From: an uncultured Bacteroidales bacterium
GTDB taxonomy: Bacteria > Bacteroidota > Bacteroidia > Bacteroidales > Paludibacteraceae
Direction: 5' to 3'
NCBI GenBank assembly: GCA_900542355.1
Contig: UQNE01000002.1
Coordinates: 56,957-120,956 of the forward strand
DNA length: 64,000 nt
Part shown: piece after piece, positions 9,636 to 18,549 of the stretch
How positions within the stretch are numbered: the first letter of the stretch is position 1
How the letters are laid out: each line of letters begins with the position of its first letter
Position numbers and translations under genes: made by a program
The notes under the pieces: generated by a model
Databases searched by the model: none
Seen by the model: only the letters and a program-made list of their open reading frames with translations
What the model was told of the DNA's origin: nothing

Positions 9636-12227
9636 ATGAAGACAAAAATAAATCTCAAACAATGGGTGCCGAATGTCATAATTCTGCTTGTTTTTGTATT
9701 AGCAGCGGCAATGTATTTCTGGCCATCGGTGCAAGGAAAAATTATCTATGCGGGTGATAATGTGAATGGTACGGCCGCTGCACACGAGAGCAGCGAGTAT
9801 CATAAGACGACAGGCGATTACTCGTTTTGGACGGGTGCGATGTTCTCAGGTATGCCCAACTATCAGATAGGCGGTAACGGCGGGTTTGTCGTGGATAAGA
9901 TTTTGCGCCCAATCAAATGGTTTTTAGGTTTGGGCGCATGGGGTAACCATACGGCTTTCTTCATTTTCCTATTTTATCTGTGCGCTTTCTTCCTCTTGCT
10001 CAGGACATTCAAGGTAGATAAGTGGATTAGTATGGCGGGGGCTTTTGCACTGGCTTTGTCGAGTTATTTCTTCGTAGTGATTGCGGCTTCGCACCATGGT
10101 AAGTGCTACTCTATCACCTGGATGACAATGGTGGTTATCGGGTTTATCCTGACCTATCGGAAGCAATACGGTTGGGGAGCCGTGATGGTGATGTTCTTCA
10201 CTTATGCGGGGTTCTTTGTGCATCCGCAGATGTCGTACTACATCTGTATGATGATAGGTATTTTCTTCTTTGCGGAACTGGCGATTGCCGCCAAAGCCAA
10301 GGAGTGGAAGCACTTTGGTGTTGCTACGGTGGTGTTCTTTGCCTCGTTTGCGATAGGTATGGGTATGGGTAGTGCGAATGTATTTGTTAATCAGGAGTAT
10401 GCGGCGGAGACTATGCGCGGCGGGCATTCTGACCTTGCGAAAGCGAGCGACGAGGGCAATAAGACCAACGGATTGGACATAGATTACGCCACGGCTTGGA
10501 GTTATGGAATCGACGAGACGATGACTTTCCTTATCCCTAACTATATGGGCGGGGCAAGCGGTTACAATCTCGGAAAAGACTCGCAATTGGAGCAAGACCT
10601 TAAGAAGATGGGTGTTCCCTCGAAGCAAGCCAAGCAGTTCTGCCAGAGTGCGCCTACCTACCGTGGCGAAAAGGCTTTCACCAGCGGTCCGGTGTATATG
10701 GGTGCGATAGTGTGCTTCCTTTTCCTGCTCGGGTTGCTCATCGTAGGAGGCCCGTACAAATGGGCGTTGCTGGCGGCTACGCTCTTCTCTGTGGCATTGG
10801 CGTGGGGGCATAACTTAATGTCGCTGACGGAGTTGTTTTTCAACTACTTTCCCGAGTACAACAAGTTCCGCGCAGTGGAGAGTATCTTGATTGTGGCGGA
10901 AATCACGATGCCGCTGTTGGGTTTCCTTGCGGTGAAAACTATCAGCGAGGGTACGATGAGTTGGAAACGGCTGCGCAACAGTATCTTTATCGCCGGGGGG
11001 GCGACAGGACTGATATGCCTGGTAGTGGCGTTGTTTAGCGGAAGCATAGATGTAAGTTCGTCGTACGATGCGCAATGGAAAGGGCAAGTGGGGCAACAGA
11101 TCTACGATGCTATCCTCGACCAGCGCACGGCGATGATTGCAAGCGATGCTTGGCGTTCGTTGCTGTTTGTAGTGTTGGGTGCAGGCGTAGTGTTCGGCTA
11201 TGCTTATCTGCGGTATCACAAGAGCGAGATGCGCAACCTAAATCTGTATTGCGGATTGGCACTGACAGTGCTTGTGGTGGCGGATATGTGGATGGTAGAT
11301 AAACGGTTCTGCAACGATTCGATGTTTGTATCGGTGAAAGACAGGGACAAGGCGTTTAAGATGATGCCCTACGAGAAGGAGTTGCTGCAAGACCCGAGCC
11401 ATTTCCGTGTGCTGAACTTGGCAACTAACACCTTCAACGAGGCGAGAACGAGTTACTATCTCAAGTCGATTGGCGGTTACTCTGCAGCTAAGTTGCGGAG
11501 ATACCAAGACCTGATAGATGTGCATATTGCGCCCGAGATGAACCCGCTGATGCAAGCGATTGCTCAGACCAACGGTTTTGCGCAGCCTTGCAACGGCGAC
11601 AGTCTGTTCCCCGTACTGAATATGCTGAATATGAAGTATGCCATAGTGCCGCTGCAGAACGGACAGCAAGTGCCTGTGGAGAACCCATACGCGATGGGCA
11701 ACTGCTGGTTTGTAAACGACCTGCAAGTGGTGGACAATGCCAATGCAGAGATAGAGGCATTGAGCAAAGCAGACCTGCACAATATGGCCGTCATCGACCA
11801 ATCGTTTGCCTCGGTGCTGAATGTGGATCTGCCCGATGTGGCGCCGCTGATGGCTTATGATGAGGACAAGATAGAACTGACCCACTATGCGCCTAATCGG
11901 ATAGAGTATGTGGCTCAGAATGAGCAGAATAAGATAGCCGTGTTCTCGGAAATCTACTACCCGCACGGGTGGAAACTCTACCTATTGGATAAGGACGGAA
12001 AAGAAGATGTAGAACTGCCGATTGCGCGTGCCGACTATATGCTTCGTGCAGCGGTGATCCCTGCGGGGACGCACCGATTGGCGATGGTGTTTGACCCCGA
12101 CAGCGTACACAAAGGGAACACCTTGTCGTTGGTTTGCTTTGGAGTGTTTGTGGTATCGCTATGCGGAGTAATCGGTGTAGAGATTGTGCGCCGACGCAAG
12201 CAAGGAAAAGAAGCCGGTGCAAAATAA
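9636..12227 (+). CDS. YfhO-family polytopic membrane glycosyltransferase
   Basis: 863 aa with ~12 N-terminal TM helices, a large extracytoplasmic domain and a final C-terminal TM. Size and architecture match YfhO. Lies 21 bp after the GT2 gene. Confidence 0.7.
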   Translation: MKTKINLKQWVPNVIILLVFVLAAAMYFWPSVQGKIIYAGDNVNGTAAAHESSEYHKTTGDYSFWTGAMFSGMPNYQIGGNGGFVVDKILRPIKWFLGLGAWGNHTAFFIFLFYLCAFFLLLRTFKVDKWISMAGAFALALSSYFFVVIAASHHGKCYSITWMTMVVIGFILTYRKQYGWGAVMVMFFTYAGFFVHPQMSYYICMMIGIFFFAELAIAAKAKEWKHFGVATVVFFASFAIGMGMGSANVFVNQEYAAETMRGGHSDLAKASDEGNKTNGLDIDYATAWSYGIDETMTFLIPNYMGGASGYNLGKDSQLEQDLKKMGVPSKQAKQFCQSAPTYRGEKAFTSGPVYMGAIVCFLFLLGLLIVGGPYKWALLAATLFSVALAWGHNLMSLTELFFNYFPEYNKFRAVESILIVAEITMPLLGFLAVKTISEGTMSWKRLRNSIFIAGGATGLICLVVALFSGSIDVSSSYDAQWKGQVGQQIYDAILDQRTAMIASDAWRSLLFVVLGAGVVFGYAYLRYHKSEMRNLNLYCGLALTVLVVADMWMVDKRFCNDSMFVSVKDRDKAFKMMPYEKELLQDPSHFRVLNLATNTFNEARTSYYLKSIGGYSAAKLRRYQDLIDVHIAPEMNPLMQAIAQTNGFAQPCNGDSLFPVLNMLNMKYAIVPLQNGQQVPVENPYAMGNCWFVNDLQVVDNANAEIEALSKADLHNMAVIDQSFASVLNVDLPDVAPLMAYDEDKIELTHYAPNRIEYVAQNEQNKIAVFSEIYYPHGWKLYLLDKDGKEDVELPIARADYMLRAAVIPAGTHRLAMVFDPDSVHKGNTLSLVCFGVFVVSLCGVIGVEIVRRRKQGKEAGAK

Positions 12228-12436
12228 TCTGCACGCTGCTATTTTTAGATAAGGACATAGCGAAAGCGATAGTAAACGGGAGAGGCTGTCTGATGAGTAA
12301 TCGGGCAGCCTTTGTTGTTGGATAGCGGGAGGAACTTGACGCCGATGAGCGAATGTTGATCGCAATGAGTAGGTTTTGACATTTTGTAAGCAATGTAATA
12401 AGAAAAGTAGCAAAATGATTATTTACGAGCAGTGTA

Positions 12437-12514
12437 TTAGGTCTCGACAAGGTCTCGATGAGGTTTCGACAAAAACGGCTCAAAGTCGGCTTGACAAAAA
12501 GACAGCAAAAATAG
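12437..12514 (+). repeat. full-length copy (B) of the TTAGGTCTCGAcaAGGTCTCGA repeat family
   Basis: TTAGGTCTCGACAAGGTCTCGATGAGGTTTCGACAAAAACGGCTCAAAGTCGGCTTGACAAAAAGACAGC. About 75 % identical to copy C at 60351. Confidence 0.75.
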
Positions 12515-12689
12515 CAAATTGATAGAAAGTTGTACAGAACGACCGAAAAAGATGTAGCGGTGGGGCATTGCACATTTTTGTTCGCAAAAATTGGCTGTGG
12601 GAGGCATAAATCGGTGGTAAGCAGGGCATTTTGTAGGACTTTTTACTCTAAGTTGCGGCAAGAAACACAAAATAATTTGTAAGTTTCGG

Positions 12690-12707
12690 AAAAAAGTTGT
12701 ACCTTTG
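12690..12707 (+). promoter_or_regulatory. candidate Bacteroidetes sigma-A promoter (-7 TAccTTTG) for secDF
   Basis: agttgTAccTTTGtgcg, ~245 bp upstream of the secDF start. Confidence 0.35.
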
Positions 12708-12954
12708 TGCGCTTTTTGTATGGTCTAAATTGTATTTTGGTGTATTCGCCTGTGGCGGATGATGAGATATGGGGCGTTTTGGAAAGCAGAATACAAAAGG
12801 ATACAGACAGAAAGGGAAAATGATAACTCGTTGTAAATCAGCGTATATTCTATGGTCAAACGATGGATATGCTTATGAATATATAGCATATTTGAGTGGT
12901 GGGTACGCATAGAAATAATTCATTGTAAATCAATAATAAAAACACAAATAACTT

Positions 12955-15900
12955 ATGCAAAACAAATGGCTTGTTAGATTCTTGGCGGTGATCCTGTTTT
13001 TGGTGTGCGCCTTCTACCTGTCGTTCTCTGTAGTTACTTCTCACTACGATAAGAAAGCGCAAGAGTACGCAGGGAACAATGCCGCAAAAGAGTATGTTTA
13101 TTTGGACTCGATTGCCGCAAAGAAAGTATGGTTTGGCTACACGCTGAAAGAGTGCCGCGAGAAAGAGATCAACTTGGGTCTTGACTTGAAGGGTGGTATG
13201 AATGTTACCATGGAGGTAAGCGTACCGGACATTATCCGTGTACTCTCGGGTAACAACACCTCGGAGACCTTTACCAAGGCGATGGCTTTGGCTCAAGAGA
13301 AACAAAAATCGAGCGGAACCGACTTTGTAACGCTCTTTATTGAGTCGTTCAAAGAGGTAGATCCGAACGCTCAGTTGGCGAGCGTATTCTCGACCTTTGA
13401 GTTGAAAGACAAAGTAAATTTCAACTCGACCAATGATGAGGTAGAGAAAGTAATTCGCGCAGAGGTGGACGGTGCGGTAGATAACTCGTTCAAGGTGCTC
13501 CGTACTCGTATTGACCGCTTTGGCGTGGTGCAACCGAACATCCAAAAACTGTCTCAGCCCGGGCGTATCTTGATTGAGTTGCCGGGTGTAAAAGAGCCGG
13601 AGCGTGTGCGTAAACTGCTCCAAGGTTCTGCCAATTTGGAGTTTTGGGAGACCTACGACCTTGCAGAGATCTTGCCTCAGTTGATGCAAATCAACAGCGA
13701 GTATGCGCAGTTGAATGCCGCCAATGAGACGACAGAAACTGCCACGACGGACGATATTAAAGAGGTTGCCAAAGCAGAAAACGCAGAGGATGCCGAGTGG
13801 GCTGCTATAGAAGACAGCCTGGCGAGCGATTCTGCTGAGGTAAGCCAAGAGGAGCAGATAGCACAGTACAAGAAGCAGAACCCGCTGTTTGCGGTGCTGA
13901 CTCCGTCGGTTAACCAAGCCGGACAGGCATACCGCGGTCCGGTGGTAGGTATGGTGCACTATACCGATACCGCAGCAGTGAGCGAGATGCTGAACTCGCC
14001 GATAGCAAAGCAAATCCTGCCGCGCGACTTGCGCTTGTGCTGGACTGTAAAAGCGATAGACGATGCAGGTTCGATCTACCAACTGATAGCTCTGAAATCG
14101 CAACGCGACGGCCGTTCATCACTGGAAGGTGATGTGATCACCGATGCGCGTGCCGACTTCTCGCAGACGAGTGCTTATGCCAATGTATCGATGACGATGA
14201 ACGCTGAGGGCGCAAAGGCTTGGGGGCGTATCACCAAAGAGAATATCGGCAAATCGATTGCTATCGTATTGGACGGATTTGTTTATAGTTTCCCGACTGT
14301 ACAGAACGAAATCACGGGCGGTAACAGTCAGATTACCGGTAACTTCACTGTAGAGGAAGCCAAAGACTTGGCTAACACCTTGAACTCGGGTAAGATGCCG
14401 GCTCCTGCGCGTATCATCCAAGAGGATGTGGTAGGTCCTACACTGGGTAAAGCAGCCATCCACGATGGTCTATGGAGTTTTGCCCTCGGTTTCCTGCTTA
14501 TCCTTATATATATGGTGTTCTACTACGGTTGGATCCCCGGACTGATTGCCGACGCTGCGTTGTGCTGCAACATATTCTTGCTGGTAGGTATCTTGGCATC
14601 GTTCTCGGCTGTATTGACCTTGCCAGGTATCGCAGGTATCGTGCTGACGATGGGTATGGCTGTGGATGCGAATGTGCTTATCTACGAGCGTATCCGCGAG
14701 GAGATGCGTGCCGGAAAGAGCATGCGTCAGGCTATTGACGGCGGTTTCAAGAATGCCATCTCCGCCATTGTGGACGCCAATGTTACCAGTTTCTTGACGG
14801 GTGCTATCTTGGCTATCTTTGGCACCGGTCCTATCAAAGGTTTCGCCGTTACCTATATGATTGGTATCATCTCGTCGTTCTTGACGGCTGTGTTCATCAC
14901 CCGCCTCTTGCTTGACGACTATGCAAGCAAGGAGAACGCCAAAGAGTTGTCGTTCGCTACCCGTATGACTAAGAATTTCTTGCAGAATACCAAAGCCGAT
15001 ATAGTGAAATTCCGCAAGTATGCATACATCATTTCGGGTGTGCTGATTGTGTTTGCTATCCTCGGTTTGGAGCCGCATGTGTTCGGCAAACTGAACCTCG
15101 GTATTGACTTCTCAGGTGGTCGCAACTATGTGGTTCGTTTCGCAGAACCTGTTAATACTCAGGATGTTCGCGAGACACTAGACGATGCTTTCAAAGCTAA
15201 CCTGCAAGACGACGAGTCGTACTCGCTGAATGTTATCACGATTGGTAGTTCGAACCAGATCCGTGTATCGACCAACTATCGTATCAAGGACAACTCGGAT
15301 GACGCTGACTCACAGATTGAGCAACTGCTCTACGAAGGTTGTAAGCCTTACTTAGGCGATGTAACCTTTGACGAGTTCCGCTCGACAGAGATTAACCCAG
15401 AGGTAGGTATCATGCAATCGCAGAAGGTAGGTCCCGCCGTGGCAGACGACATCACGACTGCTGCCGTTTGGGCTATCATCGCTGCGCTGATAGGTATATT
15501 CATCTATATCTTGATTCGTTTCCGCAACTTTGCTTACTCGGTGGGTGCTATCGCTGCATTGGCACACGATACAATCATCATCTTGGGCCTGTATGCTATC
15601 CTATGGAAGGTAATGCCGTTCTCTATGGAGATCGACCAATCGTTTATCGCTGCTATCTTGACGGTAATCGGTTATTCGATCAACGCCTCAGTGGTTATCT
15701 TCGACCGTGTACGCGAGAACAACAACCTCTATCCGAAACGCGACCGCAAACTGAACATCAACAATGCTATCAACTCGACATTCGGTCGTACTTTCTCGAC
15801 CTCGATGTCCACCTTGGTCGTATTGTTGGCTATCTTCTGCTTCGGGGGTGAAACCATCCGCGGATTTGTGTTCGCATTGGTAATGGGTGTGATTGTAGGA

Positions 15901-16005
15901 ACCTACTCATCGGTATGTATCGCTTCGCCTTTGGCATACGATATCACCAACGCAATGGAGAAACGCAAAGCAAAGAAAGCCGCAAAGGCTGTAGCCAAAG
16001 CCTAA
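12955..16005 (+). CDS. secDF: bifunctional preprotein translocase subunit SecDF
   Basis: 1016-aa fused SecD+SecF as in Bacteroidetes. Has the GLDLKGG motif and two 6-TM bundles. Confidence 0.95.
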   Translation: MQNKWLVRFLAVILFLVCAFYLSFSVVTSHYDKKAQEYAGNNAAKEYVYLDSIAAKKVWFGYTLKECREKEINLGLDLKGGMNVTMEVSVPDIIRVLSGNNTSETFTKAMALAQEKQKSSGTDFVTLFIESFKEVDPNAQLASVFSTFELKDKVNFNSTNDEVEKVIRAEVDGAVDNSFKVLRTRIDRFGVVQPNIQKLSQPGRILIELPGVKEPERVRKLLQGSANLEFWETYDLAEILPQLMQINSEYAQLNAANETTETATTDDIKEVAKAENAEDAEWAAIEDSLASDSAEVSQEEQIAQYKKQNPLFAVLTPSVNQAGQAYRGPVVGMVHYTDTAAVSEMLNSPIAKQILPRDLRLCWTVKAIDDAGSIYQLIALKSQRDGRSSLEGDVITDARADFSQTSAYANVSMTMNAEGAKAWGRITKENIGKSIAIVLDGFVYSFPTVQNEITGGNSQITGNFTVEEAKDLANTLNSGKMPAPARIIQEDVVGPTLGKAAIHDGLWSFALGFLLILIYMVFYYGWIPGLIADAALCCNIFLLVGILASFSAVLTLPGIAGIVLTMGMAVDANVLIYERIREEMRAGKSMRQAIDGGFKNAISAIVDANVTSFLTGAILAIFGTGPIKGFAVTYMIGIISSFLTAVFITRLLLDDYASKENAKELSFATRMTKNFLQNTKADIVKFRKYAYIISGVLIVFAILGLEPHVFGKLNLGIDFSGGRNYVVRFAEPVNTQDVRETLDDAFKANLQDDESYSLNVITIGSSNQIRVSTNYRIKDNSDDADSQIEQLLYEGCKPYLGDVTFDEFRSTEINPEVGIMQSQKVGPAVADDITTAAVWAIIAALIGIFIYILIRFRNFAYSVGAIAALAHDTIIILGLYAILWKVMPFSMEIDQSFIAAILTVIGYSINASVVIFDRVRENNNLYPKRDRKLNINNAINSTFGRTFSTSMSTLVVLLAIFCFGGETIRGFVFALVMGVIVGTYSSVCIASPLAYDITNAMEKRKAKKAAKAVAKA

Positions 16006-16032
16006 GCGCAGAGGCATTGCAAATATGATAGA

Positions 16033-16070
16033 AAGCGGTTGCTCGTTGATTCGGGCAACCGCTTTTGTTG
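16033..16070 (+). terminator. intrinsic terminator after secDF
   Basis: Stem aagcggttgc / gcaaccgctt with a 12-nt loop, then ttgttg. Confidence 0.6.
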
Positions 16071-16225
16071 ATGTCTATTCGTGAGCGTATTCGCTTCTTG
16101 CGGGTAGTTGTTTTATGGTTGATATTTCGCCCGATATTGTCCTCTTGGCGCAAGAAGAGTAGGTGCTATTTTATAAAAAATACGGAATTTATCCTAAATA
16201 ATCTGCAGAAACGATAGAAATGTAG

Positions 16226-16233
16226 TACTTTTG
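16226..16233 (+). promoter_or_regulatory. -7 box TActTTTG of a candidate promoter (gaaatgtagtacttttg)
   Basis: Same extended motif as the 39461 promoter (gaaatgtagtacCtttg). No ORF follows before the 16487 terminator. Confidence 0.4.
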
Positions 16234-16486
16234 TAGTCAGATCTACGCCGGAGGGGATATGTTTTCGTATAAGGGTGGATTTTTTGACATGTTGAATAGC
16301 GTTTATTGACGCTTTGTGGCTTGTAATCAGAAACTTCGCAACTTTCAGATTTTTACCGAGTAACAAAGTAACAGTAGATGCCTATGGGTGTGACGAACTG
16401 TCGCACTACATCTTGTATAGGGTGTGGTGTATTGTCATATCAGCGTAGGTTTTCTGTTGTTTGTTTTTGGTAAAAAGGCAATGCGA

Positions 16487-16528
16487 AGGCCTCTGATTGC
16501 GAAATAACAACAGAGGTCTGCGCTTTTT
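16487..16528 (+). terminator. intrinsic terminator (9-bp stem aggcctctg/cagaggtct, 15-nt loop, gcgcttttt tail)
   Basis: Read directly. Closes an ORF-free ~290-nt unit. Confidence 0.55.
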
Positions 16529-16623
16529 GTATGTGTCAGGTTGTGGGCTAATGGGTTAACCTTAAGTGTGATGTTTTATTTTGGTGTGAACATAATTGAA
16601 AAACAAAACTAATACATAAGAAT

Positions 16624-16926
16624 ATGAGCGAAGAAATTGAAAAGAAAGGCGTCGGTGCAGGCGCATGGGTTTGGTTAATTTTAGGTATCCTGTATGCAGT
16701 ATCGCCAGTGGACATACTGCCGGATGTAGTGCCTGTGGCAGGTTGGGTGGACGACCTGGTGATTGCGGGTAGTGGTGTGCTTAATTTCATACAAGCGAAA
16801 GTGGGAGAAGGCGGCGAAATGCTCAGAACTATTGTTGGTGTTGTCAAATGGATACTGATTGTATTAGGCGTAATAGCCATTCTGCTGATAGCCCTCATTG
16901 GTGGACTTATCTACAAGATGTTTTGA
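16624..16926 (+). CDS. DUF1232/YkvA-family small membrane protein
   Basis: VSPVDILPDVVPVAGWVDDLVI signature and two TM helices. Confidence 0.7.
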   Translation: MSEEIEKKGVGAGAWVWLILGILYAVSPVDILPDVVPVAGWVDDLVIAGSGVLNFIQAKVGEGGEMLRTIVGVVKWILIVLGVIAILLIALIGGLIYKMF

Positions 16927-17024
16927 CCGATAGAATCCTATAAACTGAGAATTGCATTCCGATCAACATATTGTAGAGTGGGAGAACAACAATCCTAAGT
17001 ATCACAAAAACAAACAGATAGATT

Positions 17025-17162
17025 ATGCTTACTCAGACGAAATACAAATGCTTGTCATGCGGACAGAAGTTTATAGATTTCGATGGTGGGATTACCTACA
17101 AGCCACACAAAACAGTCTGTCCAAAATGCGGAAGCAAACTTTGCATCATTTGGTTACTGTGA
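17025..17162 (+). CDS. small zinc-ribbon protein (45 aa; CxxC-x17-CxxC, FmdB-like), not in the ORF track
   Basis: Translation MLTQTKYKCLSCGQKFIDFDGGITYKPHKTVCPKCGSKLCIIWLL. Followed by the terminator at 17210-17244. Competes with the featureless 105-aa ORF 16952..17269. Confidence 0.4.
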   Translation: MLTQTKYKCLSCGQKFIDFDGGITYKPHKTVCPKCGSKLCIIWLL

Positions 17163-17209
17163 ATAATTATCTTTGGTTGGTGAAAAATCCACACTTAATT
17201 CATTCCATA

Positions 17210-17244
17210 AGAGGCTGTCGGAAATGGGCAGTCTCTTTGGTTTT
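17210..17244 (+). terminator. intrinsic terminator (agaggctg / cagtctct stem, then ttggtttt)
   Basis: Read directly. Confidence 0.5.
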
Positions 17245-17442
17245 GATTGGAAAAATTCAGCAGTCATAAAACCAAACAGCAATAGAGGAAAACATATTGT
17301 CTAAACAAAAACAATGTAAAACAAGGGCACCACAAGCAGAAAACAGGTGGCAAAACTACATTGGAGAGATATTTTAGAGGCGATTCATCATTTATTTGCA
17401 AATTATTTTGGCTGAAGGCTTGTGTATGTGCGTAAAAAGGCG

Positions 17443-17450
17443 TAACTTTG
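17443..17450 (+). promoter_or_regulatory. -7 box TAacTTTG of the recA promoter
   Basis: cgTAacTTTGcac, 35 bp upstream of the recA ATG. Confidence 0.45.
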
Positions 17451-17484
17451 CACAAATAACATAAACACAGCAACTTTTTACACT

Positions 17485-18495
17485 ATGGCAGAAGAGAAAA
17501 AACAGCCCTCGGCAGACAAACTGAAAGCCCTGCAGTTGGCTATGGCGAAGATAGATAAGGATTTCGGCAAAGGAGCGATTATGAAACTCGGGGACGACAA
17601 AGTAGAGGATGTTCCCGTTATCTCCACCGGCAGTATTGGTCTGAATTTGGCTCTCGGCGTGGGCGGTTATCCGCGCGGGCGCGTCATCGAGATATACGGT
17701 CCGGAGTCTTCCGGTAAGACCACCTTGGCTATCCATGCTATGGCGGAGGTGCAGAAACAGGGTGGTATCGCTGCTATCATCGATGCCGAGCATGCCTTCG
17801 ATCGTTTTTATGCCGAGAAACTGGGCGTAGATACCGATAACCTGCTCATAGCCCAACCCGACTGCGGCGAGCAGGCATTGGAGATTGCCGACGAGTTGAT
17901 TCGTTCTTCTGCAGTCGATTTGGTAGTGGTGGACTCGGTGGCTGCACTGACCCCGAAAGCCGAGATAGAAGGCGATATGGGCGACAACAAACTGGGTCTG
18001 CAAGCCCGACTGATGTCGCAAGCCTTGCGCAAACTCACAGCGACTATCAACAAGACGCAAACCACTTGTATCTTTATCAACCAGTTGCGTGAGAAAATAG
18101 GTGTTATGTTTGGCAATCCCGAGACTACTACGGGCGGTAATGCGCTGAAATTCTATGCCAGTGTGCGTCTCGACATCCGCAAGATTGGTCAGATAAAAGA
18201 TGGCGATGAGGTGATCGGAAACCAAGTGCGCGTTAAGGTAATGAAAAACAAGGTGGCTCCCCCGTTCAAGAAAGCGGAGTTTGACCTGATGTTCAACGAA
18301 GGCATCTCCAAAGTGGGCGAGATTATCGACTTGGGCGTAGAGACCGAAGTGCTGAAAAAATCGGGTAGTTTCTACAGTTACGGCGATACCAAACTCGGGC
18401 AAGGGCGTGACGCGGTGAAGAAACTGCTGCGTGAAAATCCCGACCTAATGGACGAACTCGAGGCAAAGATAATGGAAAGTCTCAAAAAGAATTGA
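17485..18495 (+). CDS. recA: recombinase RecA
   Basis: [18 protein letters not shown] Walker A, plus the conserved L1/L2 region. Confidence 0.97.
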   Translation: MAEEKKQPSADKLKALQLAMAKIDKDFGKGAIMKLGDDKVEDVPVISTGSIGLNLALGVGGYPRGRVIEIYGPESSGKTTLAIHAMAEVQKQGGIAAIIDAEHAFDRFYAEKLGVDTDNLLIAQPDCGEQALEIADELIRSSAVDLVVVDSVAALTPKAEIEGDMGDNKLGLQARLMSQALRKLTATINKTQTTCIFINQLREKIGVMFGNPETTTGGNALKFYASVRLDIRKIGQIKDGDEVIGNQVRVKVMKNKVAPPFKKAEFDLMFNEGISKVGEIIDLGVETEVLKKSGSFYSYGDTKLGQGRDAVKKLLRENPDLMDELEAKIMESLKKN

Positions 18496-18549
18496 TTTGT
18501 TCCCGAAAGTGCGAGCAACACATTCGGGATTTTTCTTAATATAGACACG

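Noticed and set aside
12437-12670. 77-aa ORF and its look-alike 60341..60535 (64 aa), both ending ...DFEPxLSxxRRDLVET
   Set aside because: The shared C-terminal peptide is just the reverse translation of the GGTCTCGA repeat element. Similarity is at the DNA-repeat level, not a protein family.
12856-14103. 415-aa antisense ORF inside secDF, and similar long antisense ORFs (17392..18402 opposite recA, 36256..37491 opposite the sulfatase-like gene, 44969..45985 and 43607..44209 opposite the giant gene, 51979..52929 opposite asmA-like, 34063..35118 opposite tRNA-Gln/rplY)
   Set aside because: Each lies opposite a confidently identified conserved gene and has no recognisable motifs and low-complexity composition. 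These are shadow ORFs typical of ~50 % GC genomes.
16240-16528. Attempt to classify the ORF-free unit as tmRNA, RNase P RNA, SRP RNA or 6S RNA
   Set aside because: None of the family signature sequences I can recall are present, so it is left unclassified rather than named.
16952-17269. 105-aa ORF MHSDQHIVEWENNNPKYHKN...
   Set aside because: No motifs or hydrophobic segments. It overlaps the well-formed 45-aa zinc-ribbon ORF in another frame, so it is treated as spurious, though this is not certain.
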